A DNA stretch of 60,032 bases, the filler included, from Rhabdomonas costata (lineage: Eukaryota), in the NCBI GenBank assembly GCA_019059605.1. It is 10 parts of 10 records of this genome, joined end to end, with 100 filler letters (N's around TTAATTAATTAA, not from the genome) between each part and the next. Parts side by side here need not be neighbours in the genome. Positions count along the whole stretch, not along the records: positions 48,279 to 53,975 come from JAHMHO010000047.1; positions 54,076 to 60,032 come from JAHMHO010000048.1; 8 more parts are not named here. One strand, given 5' to 3'. Shown one piece after another: positions 49,847 to 60,032 of this stretch (position 1 is the first letter of the stretch; each line of letters opens with the position of its first letter). Under the pieces are notes generated by a model. The model was not told the origin of the DNA. It saw only the letters and a list, made by a program, of their open reading frames with translations, and ran no database searches. The position numbers were made by a program, and so were the translations under genes.

Positions 49847-52800
49847 CTATGTATAGGTCACTGTTAGGCTTGGACTGAAGATGACCCTTGCAGTGGAAGA
49901 GCTTCGCGTGGCGAGACCCACTTCTAAAAGCAAGTTTTGAAGGTCGTCTGGAACTTCGACCTCGAAAGGCACGTATTTGTCGGTGTCGTGCAAAGGAAAT
50001 GGTGCCCACTTTTCAGTGCACAAGTGTTGCTGCAGTTTTCCGGCCAGAATCTCAAGGAAGTCGGCGTTGGAGAAATCCTTGAATGATCCAATGATGCTGG
50101 CTGTTATCCGAGAAAGAGCGGTCTCACAATCTTGTCTGAAGTTCTCCTGCCGGTCTGGATCTCCTATGTATGTTTCGTCCGTCCAAATGAAAACGTGAAG
50201 GTGGCTCAGGTTGCCCACATCCGTCTGGAATTCGTGGCGCGCCCAGTAATGACGGATGTTACCGAGGGGTTTCTCGACTCCGTTTTGCAACCAGGAAAGG
50301 AACAGCTTTGTCACCCTGTACCAAGTTCGCTGGAGAAGAACTGCGAGAGGAAGAGCCAGGGAGGAATTGTTCACAATCAATTCATGAAGCTTGTGGATGC
50401 CTGGAAACAAGAGCTGATTGCATGTCAGGGTCAGAAAATAAGTTGGGATGCTGAGCCTCTTGACAGCTGCGCACAACTGGTTGACCCTTTGACTGGTTTG
50501 TGCCTCATCTCCGAGAAAATTGGGAAACACAATATCAGAAAACTTCTTTGAGTATTCCTCCTGCGATGTGCTTTTGTCAAGAGCGGCCTCAAGACCACGC
50601 TTTACAACCGAAAAAGACGCTGACTTTTCAGCTGCCCCGCAGAGAAGAAGATTGAAAGCATAGCTGATCCAGGAAGGGTCTGCTGCACGCGAACTCTCTG
50701 GGTCTGACAAAGTCTGCTTGATGTAGGTCAGCAGGTCCACAAAGCCGAATCGGGGACCTTTCGAGGAATAAAGCCTCATGGGCATGCATCCAGGATAGTG
50801 ATGGCCTTTCTTTGCTGGGAAATGCGGAGCGTACGCGAAAGCCTCGAGGTACTCTCCGACATTTGGGCCTTCCGGCAAGCGACTCGTCACTCTGGTGGCA
50901 AAGGTCTTTCTGAAGTTAGAGACCGGGTTTGAGGACAGCTTGAAGTCGCCAAGTGATCCCAGAAAAATGTGGAGCGGGAGTCTCTCCGCAGACTCGGTGA
51001 CGAATTCCATGGCATCAGGCAGATTGTCAGCCAGAATATCTTCTTCTGGATCATGCTCCTCAACTGTTGTCGGGCAAGCAACAAAATGACAACACTCTTC
51101 AACTTCTTCGGGATCAACGTACAAGTCGTCATGTTGGAGTGGACCTTCGTCTTCGTCAGTGTCTTCGTCTTCGCTGGTTGACTGCAATAGCTCAGAGTCA
51201 TGATCGGATTGGCGCTGGCATATCTCCGGACTGAGGGTCGAGTTCAACGCCTTGGAGTAGAACAAAAATAGTTCAGATTTGGCATCCAAATCGAGCTGAG
51301 GGAAAGATTCTCCGATTTCATCAATAAAGTTCAGGTAGCAGCTGAACCACACCCTTCTGGCTTTGATATTTCGGCTTGACTGGATGCAGGTCCATCCGCA
51401 GCGCTCCGGGACTGTGCTTCGAAGTAACATGGCTGAAAGAGATCTTCCCTGAAGAACTATGTCAGGCATGAACTTGCAAGGAGCACAGGGTTTCCAGTGT
51501 ACAGCGAACACGTCGGAGCATCGGTACTGCACACCAATTTGGCAAGCTTCACACCGCTGAAGTTGGTCTCGTAGCTTTGTTGCAAAAGCTTTCAGAATGT
51601 CAGAGGTGCAGATTGCTGCAGGGACACTGCCGACGTCAACGTTGGAGGCTTCCACGATGCGAAAGGTTGGACTGCTGAAAATTCTTGGAATCATGCAGAC
51701 TGAGCAGGACTGGGTCACCGTAAATGTGGCCATCGAGGGCACCATCGGATAAGAGAGCCAGGTCAACAGTATGCTTGGAAGCTTGTCAACGCTGAAATCC
51801 TTTTCTACCTGCTTCCACATGGACACCTGAGGCTTTTTTCCCAGCCAGAGATCCAGCAAACAATTGCGGAACACGTGCTTTGAGGTTCCTTTCGGAACGA
51901 AAACATTCCGCAGTTCTGGAGTCGCCATGATAGCATGCGCAACCGCACCAAGTCCTCCATCTTTTGTCCGCGGGAGATGTAGCGGAGTCTTCCACTCTGG
52001 TGGGCCAGCAACAGGAGAGTGCTTATTGGATGGTACGGGAAGAAATGAATCACCCATGGATATAGAATCTAACATCAGTCTGACAGCCTGTTCCTCCTCA
52101 CTGCTGAATTTCCACTGGAAGTTTGTGTTCGGGATGTTCCAGTGAGATGCAGGGCCTTCGCTGCTTTTCTCCAGGAATGGGCGCAGGTCCTCCCGTGACA
52201 GCATCAGCGCTTCCTCCAGCTGTCTGATCAAAGGAATGTTACAGCTCCTGTTCACTGAAGTGAAAGGATTCTGGTCCAGAGTAACCAGCTGAGTACACAA
52301 ACCATGGGAGAGTGCCCCCATCTTTGCGGTGTGGAACCGAACATTTCCGGGGCCCTCCCCTCGACGAAGCAGCCGAGTGCCGCTCAAAAAGCGGTCGTGA
52401 AACCTAATTGGACTCATCCAGGCCATGTCTTTAACATTTGGAATGGCGACTGCCTCCACGGTTCGAAATTGTAAGTCCTTAGGCCAGATCGGGCTCAGGA
52501 AAGGAATCCGGTGCAAGTTTGCAGCACAGGTACTGCACACGGCTGCTTGAAGGATATCGTTGTGAATAATGACGCGGGTGAAAGCCTTGCCGACAGGAGT
52601 GAGTGAAGCTGTATCCCATCCAGGAGCTAGGTGTGGAAGATCCTCGGGGCTTTTTGCTTTTCTGGAGCGAGACAGCCAGGCCGCCTCTTGAAAGTGATGA
52701 AGTGGTGTAAATTCATGCTCACCCGAGATGAGGAGAGTTCTGCAGCGAGCGCACTTTGTGTCCCATTCGGCAGCTGCTAGTTCTTGAAAGACTTGCAGGC

Positions 52801-53385
52801 ACGAAGGAGGAGGGGGCGCAACCTTTGAATCCTCGGTACCCCGCGGATTTGCGAAATTTTCGGGAAATGCCTGTTCCCAGGTAGCACGAACACTTGGTGG
52901 AAGAAGTGCCCACGCGGTTTTTTCGCCGATCTTCAGCGCTTGAGAAACGGACACAGGCCACCGTACAAATTTCATTTCCGCACTCGAAGGTTTGTGGTAG
53001 ATGTAGGCGAGGCAGTGAGCGCACAGAGTTCCAGCAGGGTGATGTGCCTGAACGATAAGAACACAAATTCAAGGCGTAAATGGGTCTGGAATTCGGGGGG
53101 GAAACATTACAGATGTTGTTATTAAAAAATGATAAAATAAGGTTTAGGCATTTGGCATACCCTTTCAGGATGGTACAGATCCCTCCGAGCAATGTGTAGA
53201 AAATCCTTTGCGGGCAAATTTCCAATGAATGAGGAGTGTTGAGCAGAGTGGTCTGCTCGCAATAGGGGTATGTCTGTTCGACCACAGCTGGGGCAGTAAG
53301 GCTTGGGATGATACGGCCTTGGTGCAGGAAGGTCGCCTTCTCTCCCAACAATGACATTCTCGTCGCTTTCGGAGTCGACAATCAT
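49847..53385 (-). CDS. Second Helitron-like RepHel gene, N-terminal half only (Cys pairs, pseudo-USP domain, Rep motifs 1-2), 3'-truncated
   Basis: Exon 1 (53385-53161), a GT-AG intron (53160-53048), and exon 2 in frame with the 1042-aa ORF. Helitron N-region motifs LEAFAYAPHFP and RAADPSWISYAFN; motif 1 AAVKRLSIPTYFLTLTCN; motif 2 WARHEFQTDVGNLSHLHVFIW, nearly identical to copy 1. Homology to copy 1 ends at ~49862. Confidence 0.85.
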
Positions 53386-54087
53386 GTGAAAAAACAGCGC
53401 CTGCGTACAGAAAATGTGCAAACTGGGTGAAATGGCAGTTTGACAAGACCTACATGGGAAAAACCTGTCAGATTTTCGGCGTTTGGGGTGCCAAACTCTC
53501 AAACTCGAGAATAATTACTCGAGTGCAAAATCTAATGACAGCGACTGACCATGCGCAAAAATCTCGAGAACCGGTTTCGTGGAATTTGAAGTTCTACGCA
53601 AACAACCCACACCAATCACTGAATCTACAGCAGAACCTACTCACCAGATCTACATCAGTTGCTCGGTTTTCAGTTGGGAGTTGACACAGATGTGAAGCAG
53701 GAGAGTAAAAGACGGGAACTGGAATAGGGTGTCAAAGAAAACCACAAATCTTGTCGTCGAGAGGCGAGAGACACGAGAAAAGATATACGGGTCGTGCCTT
53801 TTGCGTCACTGACTGGAGAGCTTCACAGACACCGTGTGTCAATAAAATCTCTCACACTTCACGGTTTGGGCGCTGCAAAAACCAGAGCGAAAAGACCCGC
53901 AGGCAGTTCCCTCGCTCGCTCTGTCCCGCTGTCCCTGCACACCCACCAAGCAGAAAGGTTCTTAATCCAGGCAGTNNNNNNNNNNNNNNNNNNNNNNNNN
54001 NNNNNNNNNNNNNNNNNNNTTAATTAATTAANNNNNNNNNNNNNNNNNNNNNNNNNNNNNNNNNNNNNNNNNNNNGTGGGGTTGGTG

Positions 54088-54151
54088 TGCACTTTTCCTT
54101 CCCTCTCTGCGGCCAGGTCTAGTCACACCGCGGGAGGGAAGGAAAAGTGCA
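54088..54151. repeat. Stem-loop (18-bp perfect stem, extendable to ~24 bp); loop and right arm repeated at 59180-59220
   Basis: TGCACTTTTCCTTCCCTC pairs with GAGGGAAGGAAAAGTGCA. The sequence TGCGGyCAGGTCTAGTCACACCGCGGGAGGGAAGGAAAAGT recurs at 59180. Confidence 0.85.
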
Positions 54152-55349
54152 TTCCACTCCCTACACCGCAACAATGCTTCTCTTTCTTATTTGCTGTGTC
54201 AAGCTAAATATCGGGCAGCACAATACGTTGTCATACGTTGTTGTCAGCGCTAAATGTGGCTAAGAACAACAGTTCTTTTGGTGAGAAGGAGTACAGTGAC
54301 GCTTAAAACGGTGGAAAAAAACCTGACCACCTTTGGAGCCCACCCTTCGAACACGAGCCTCAGATGGAATCTCTCGCACCGGGACTGAAGCTACGCAACC
54401 ACCTGTCCCGCTGCTCAAAAGACAGTCAGGTCAGCATAGTGTCGGTGCGAGTGGACCGCAGTCGGAGGCAGTCAGAGGATTGTAGAGCTCACGCCAAGAT
54501 GCCTTCTTATTAGTCGTGCGCTTGCTGTGCTGGTGGTTGAAGCTCGCGGACTGGTTTTGCTGCGGTGGCCTCCGCACCTGTCAAGAAGGCAGCTACATGC
54601 GGGCAGCGCAGTGTTGCTGATGCGAGTCAGCCCCACCAAGGGACAGTCGGGCAGTGAGGAATACGATGTGGCGGACTGCTTCCCGAACACTCCTCGGGAG
54701 GCAGTGTTGGTGGAAGTAGAATACTGGCTTCAAACTACTCAGCGCTGCACAGGCAGACGTCTTGCGCGATCTACTAGGATGGAAAGGCGGGCGAGCATCC
54801 CGTCCTCTATCCATTACAAAAAGATCAGAGCACTGCAGCGAGCAGCGTGAGACCTCGTTTAGGCGCAGGCTGGGGCAGGAACGAAGGCGCTGCGACGGTG
54901 GAAGAGCTTTCCATTGGGGCACCTCCGCTGCTTAAGTGGGGCTGGCAGCGCTGCAGCGGTAACAGCTATGTGCATGGCCGGCTTTTCTTGGTGGGCTTCC
55001 CACAGCCCGCAATAGGGATAACTTCTTCGTGCGGGTGCCGGGTAAAAGGATTGCTGGCGGTGGAGCAGCTGAGAGAGAGAGAGAGAGAGAAGGAGGACTG
55101 CGGCTGATCTGAGCGAATGGCGGATTTTGAGCGGGTAGGCAGGGTTGCGCGGTGCCTGAGGTTCCATGCTACACTATGAAATTTTTGCGGCTGCACGCGA
55201 CAGGCTGCACTGTTCGTCAGGGGGAAGTTTTGTGGAACTAAAGGTGTCCAACTTTTCTCGGGCGAGACAAAAGAGCGACCGCCACAAAAAAAGAACGTGG
55301 GTGTCCGGTGATACCTGCGGTGGTGGCGACGGTGGTGGCGGGGGCAGCA

Positions 55350-55760
55350 GCAGCAGCGATGCACACCAAGCAGCCTTGCCAACGCTTCATCGTCGCTGAA
55401 AATCATGCCGCAAAGAGCCCGACAGCTGTACCCCAGCTGCGCGCAGCCCTTCGGGGGCAGGAAACCCACCACAACCCCCCACAAATCGGGAGGCAGCACA
55501 GGAAACCAGCATCGTTCCTTCGCGTCGGGATTCGCCTCCTCTCCCTTGGCACCACCCATACATGCCGTCCCTGCGTTGGGGTTGAACTGCTTGCCGCCGG
55601 CGGTCACACGTGTGGAGCGGGTGATGCGGCGCCGCAACAAGACCGCGAAGGCGACGTGCCGCACCAGCACCGCAGCCACGGCCAGCCCTGGTGTAGCCAG
55701 AAGCCACCCCATGGCAATAGGAAGCCCACACGGTGGAGCTCCGGAGGGAGCACCTGACAT
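55350..55760 (-). CDS. F-box protein with an N-terminal hydrophobic segment (partial)
   Basis: FPVLPPDLWGVVVGFLPPKGCAQLGYSCRALCGM fits the F-box consensus. Upstream is the hydrophobic stretch WLLATPGLAVAAVLVRHVAFAVLL, followed by RRR. Confidence 0.7.
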
Positions 55761-57024
55761 CTCTTTCTTTCGAACAAGGATGCTCGGAAACACAGAAGAG
55801 TGCACGAAAAAGCTCCAGAACGCCGATATTGCGTCGCTGCGTGGCACAAAAAAAAGAACGGCGGTGGAGGGGAAAATGCTGAAAGATCAACCCGTACGAC
55901 TGTCGCGGGGGAACGGCAAGACTCTTCTGTGCAGGATGAATGGAAACACCACATGAAAAAGCGAAACCAGTCCAAGAATAATCCGAGAATGCAACCACTC
56001 AATACAGATAAACTAGCACTTCTGAAGGCAGGAGGGACCCTTCCATTGTCGTTTGCTCGGTTTCACTACTTCCAGATTTCCTGTTTCCCAGAGGGAGCGT
56101 CTCTTCCCTTCCCTTCCTGTATGAGGGTACTTTGTTATGGCTGCGCTTTTTCTGGCTGACAACCATTCAAAAAGGCCAGACTTTCCACAACAGGGACAGT
56201 GGGAAACACCGCATCAAAAGAGACTTCTGCACACAAACAATCGGGCAGTGCTATCGCTCAGTTCAGCGGTTCCACAGGTGGGAGAAACCGTCCAGCCAGA
56301 GGTGCTCTACTGCTTTCAAGGACAAAAATGATGGCTACCCAGGCGGTGAAGGTGCACCAAGTTCGAGCGAAGGAACGAAAGCGCTGCCCAAATCAAACGA
56401 AAGGGAAAAACGCAACAATAACAGTAGTCACAACCTCTCCTCCTGCCTACGGAAAGGAAGAAGAGGAAAACCAGTTCCAATGCGCCTTCTCCCTAAACAT
56501 TTCCCGAGCCCCCGCACCGGGTACACCTCCTTGACCAACCAACTTCATCATCCCCAATCTACTTCCTCGTGTGTTATGCCAAAAGTGTGTGAATCTCTCC
56601 TCGCCTCAGAAGGGGCAAGCAACGGGGTCGAACGGAGATGTTGGTGGTTGTGGTGGTGCGGGATCGACTATATCGAGACTTATGCCGGTAGCGAGTATCA
56701 TCTGTCAAGGGGATTAGTATCGGTACTTCGAAACTCTTCCCCCTCGTTAGCAGGAAGCCAACGGTACAGCGCCTTGACCAACCAACGACTTGAGAGTAAA
56801 ACCACAGATGGCGCCTCACCCATTCACTCTCAGACCGATCATCCAAAAAAACCAATGAAAAGACATACCGAATGTAGCGAGGTGAGATGGGGTACACAGA
56901 CACACACAAACACAGTCCTGCGCTTACTGAGTGGAATGAGGTGCCAAACCGAGAGAAGTGCAAGCGACGGAAGCGCGAAGGACTGGGAGGAAACCAGAGT
57001 GGCGACGTTAAGAGGGCTAAGCCC

Positions 57025-58150
57025 TTAGTCAATCGTAACAGTCCCAATCTCGCCGTTGTCCTTGGCCTCGTTCAGCCGAACCAGCGTGCACACCGTCTTC
57101 TGATTCTCCCGAAGGAAGTTCGTGGAGATCGTCAGGATGGCCACCGTGGGCCCCGTGAGCTGCGGCGAGNNNNNNNNNNNNNNNNNNNNNNNNNNNNNNN
57201 NNNNNNNNNNNNNNNNNNNNNNNNNNNNNNNNNNNNNNNNNNNNNNNNNNNNNNNNNNNNNNNNNNNNNNNNNNNNNNNNNNNNNNNNNNNNNNNNNNNN
57301 NNNNNNNNNNNNNNNNNNNNNNNNNNNNNNNNNNNNNNNNNNNNNNNNNNNNNNNNNNNNNNNNNNNNNNNNNNNNNNNNNNNNNNNNNNNNNNNNNNNN
57401 NNNNNNNNNNNNNNNNNNNNNNNNNNNNNNNNNNNNNNNNNNNNNNNNNNNNNNTACCACGTGCAGGTCAATGTCGACGTTGTCCTGGTCCCACCCCATC
57501 GTGACACGAAGGTCCACCGACATGTCCCCGCTCAGGAAGTGGGCCTCGTTCCGCGCCAGCTCATTGGGAAGCGTCGGCGACAGCTTGGCTCGGCGGGCAC
57601 GGCACAGGCAGTCCCGAATCTCCCAAAGCGCCTCGACCTCAATCTCCGAGAACGACGCAGGCACCTCCATCGTCACCGTCTGCCACAGCAAGTCCAGTGC
57701 TTGCTGGTACCAGCCCCGCTCTAGCAACGTGAGGCCAAGGTCCCGGTACGACTGCGGCTCCGTAGGACGCCAAAGGGCCACACGGCAGAAAACTTCGCTT
57801 GCCAGGGCGTTTGCCGCGCAGGGGGATGGTGGGGAGGCCCCGTCGCCCCCAGAGCGGCTCTCTGTGTAACGCACGGGGACCGGAGTCCACCCCAAGCGGA
57901 ACCAAAACCGAAGCTGCAGGGGATGAAGTGGCCGGTATTCGCCCCGTGATCAGAAATCGCGACGACCCCGCAGCGCTCAGCGGACGCGTCGGATTCGCAT
58001 TCACAGCGTCGCCCGCAACCATCAGAACCTTCGCAGAACGCATCCGTGTCGCCTCCGCTATCCCCTCGGCTGGCTGCCCCCCCAACTCGAAGAACGGCAC
58101 CTCCGCTGCACCCAGCCCAGCAGTGTTCTTCTCAAGGCAGGGACAACCCA
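57025..58150 (-). CDS. TPR + DUF2135/YfaP-like domain protein, C-terminal part (spans a gap; frame break near 57850-57900)
   Basis: RPTEPQSYRDLGL.L..G.YQQA..LL..F.EIE..AL.E; VDLRVTMGWDQDNVDIDLHVV; C-terminus GPTVA.LTI.TNF.RENQK....VRL. Confidence 0.75.
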
Positions 58151-59849
58151 AATACAAATGCAGCGAACGTCTTGCGTCTGCGGATAATGGATGGTTCGAT
58201 GGCAATATTGATTGCCCTAAGCCATCGTACTATCGTAACTGTCGGAACCTCGTCTTGTCCCTGCCTTCGTTCAGCTAAAAAGTGGGTGCAGACGGTCTTG
58301 TGATTCTCCCTAAACCTGCCCCTGCCGCGAATTCCACCTCATCAGCCCTCTAAAGATTGTCAGCTAGTGGGCATACTGCGCCTCTTTCCCGGTGGGGTCT
58401 ACGACCTGCACTACTATTGCACAAGGGCCACGAAAAGCACCCTGTTGAAGAGACCCCATCAGAGGCCATCAATGACACTTGTGTCACACAACAGAGGATG
58501 TCAAAGCATGCAGCGCAAAGGGGAAAATACCCGGAGGCCTCCACTTGTTCCCAGCAGAGCTTCTGGGCCCTTCAATATTCCCAGCAAAGCGTGTGCGCGG
58601 ATTTCTGGGGCACGCGGCGGAGGAGAGTGCATTCATCCCTGCGTCACAACGAGGGCGTCACAGGGCATCCATCAAGCCACCGCGAAGGCGCTCCGCAACA
58701 CTCAGCATCTCTACAAGCAGCTGAGCCAGGGAGCCCACCCCAGGCCGGCTCCAGCCAGCCTAAGACGAGGACAGCAGCAAGGCCTGCCATACTGCATAAT
58801 CGCACCGTAGAGCATGCAAGGTGCTACTGTCTAGAATGGCCGCACAGGAAGACGCCGCACGGTGCAAGCACAGCTCAGCGATTGTCTCGACAGTAGAGTA
58901 CAGGCAGTAGGCTCAATATCACTATATATAACATGCCCCAGAAATGGCCCAGAGGATAGCTGTGATTGGGCCCTTCACACAAGGGCAGCTACGTATTTTC
59001 CTGAACTTGCGCTTCTATCACCTGCTGTGGTCCCTTACTATACCCTGCACACAAACAAAACAGGCAAGGACGCAAGGAAGCGAGGCGCGGCAGCACTGCG
59101 CTCCCTCCTGGAGGCCCCATCGGGGCGGACACCGTGATGCTCCCCCACAACCCGAAGGGCACTCCCGCTCTGGACTCTATGCGGTCAGGTCTAGTCACAC
59201 CGCGGGAGGGAAGGAAAAGTTTGACCCTTGCTGTTATCGCTACCACAGTCTCTTCGTTGCAGTGTTGGGCCGGAAAAACGCTGATGTTTCCCTGCGCTTC
59301 TTTTAAGCTTGCTTCAGCTTCCAAGGCACCGGCGGCGTCGGACGGCAAACACGTTGCGAGCGCGGACCATCGCATAGAAAGCTAACAAAAACAGAACAAA
59401 CACGATAAGAATCGGCAATCCTGTCCGCAAGTCTGAAAAAATCCCGAACTCCGGGTTCATACCCGCAGTAACCGAACTCAAAAAGTCGTTGATTTCCAAC
59501 CCTCTGCTGAGGTGGGACAAGAAGAGGCGAAAATGGATACGAAAGAGCCGCCAAATGTACCACAACCGGCCCAGGGTAAATGGGCAAAAAGAAACTGGCC
59601 CCATGGACCAGCCAAGCAGCGTAGGCACGCTTTGGCTAAGACCTTTTGGTGCTGGGCAACCTTTCTGACCGAACTTTTTCTTGCTTTTCTCGATTTTGAA
59701 ACGTCCTCATGCTTCTCTTTTTTCGAAGTCGGCTTTTCAAAATGGAAACGAGGTTTTTTTGTCTTTTTCTACCAGGTCTTAAGGTAGGGCCAACTGGAGA
59801 GTCGGTCCTGCCGAAACAGGTGGGCTTTGTCCGGGCTGGTCCCCGACCT

Positions 59850-60032
59850 TTACGTGCGTAGGATCGATGCATTGGTTGCGGGCTGTGGTTCGGGCTTCGG
59901 TCCCAACTCGTCGTTATCCTTGCCTTCGCTTAGATGAACCAGGGTGCAGAACGTCTTCTGATTCTCCCGAAGGAGGATCTTCATCACGTACGACTCTCGG
60001 TACACCTTGCCCTCCCGCAAATCCCTCCTCAT
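59850..60032 (-). CDS. Paralogous DUF2135/YfaP-like C-terminal fragment
   Basis: LRENQKTFCTLVHLSEGKDNDELG versus LRENQKTVCTLVRLNEAKDNGEIG at 57040-57115; DNA similarity is also visible. Confidence 0.65.
   Translation of the reverse strand: MRRDLREGKVYRESYVMKILLRENQKTFCTLVHLSEGKDNDELGPKPEPQPATNASILRT

Noticed and set aside
2-53385. The two RepHel halves as one split element, or as ends of a giant inverted structure
   Set aside because: They are on different scaffolds separated by artificial linkers, and their overlapping Rep regions are clearly divergent.
56132-57028. 298-aa ORF, or a MULE-like HTNNR motif
   Set aside because: No coherent domain; a single short motif in a stop-interrupted frame.

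Overview
This window is eukaryotic, probably a protist: it has short GT-AG introns, F-box, Kelch and ZNF598 genes, and many transposon relics. It is not one locus. Ten scaffolds of about 5.7-6.9 kb are joined by artificial 100-bp N-TTAATTAATTAA-N linkers, so adjacency across linkers means nothing. The main signal is two divergent members of an unusual Helitron-like family on different scaffolds. Copy 1 (2-3829, +) encodes a HUH Rep, a PIF1 helicase and a C-terminal SLX1-type GIY-YIG nuclease, followed by an AT-hook ORF and an array of TGWCCTTTTT motifs. Copy 2 (53385-49847, -, one intron) supplies the N-terminal half: Cys pairs, a catalytically dead ubiquitin-specific-protease (USP) fold, then Rep. 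Together they suggest a protein of about 2,200 aa with the order ZnF-pseudoUSP-Rep-PIF1-GIY-YIG. Other mobile DNA: decayed Ty3/Gypsy elements, a decayed maT-like Tc1/mariner transposase, a probable CRE-like RT relic and a foldback element. Host genes: a protein alternating EF-hand-like pairs with an unrecognised domain, ZNF598/Hel2, a CocE/NonD hydrolase, DUF2135/YfaP-like paralogs, and F-box, Kelch and coiled-coil fragments. All domain calls come from motif recognition by eye; no searches were run.
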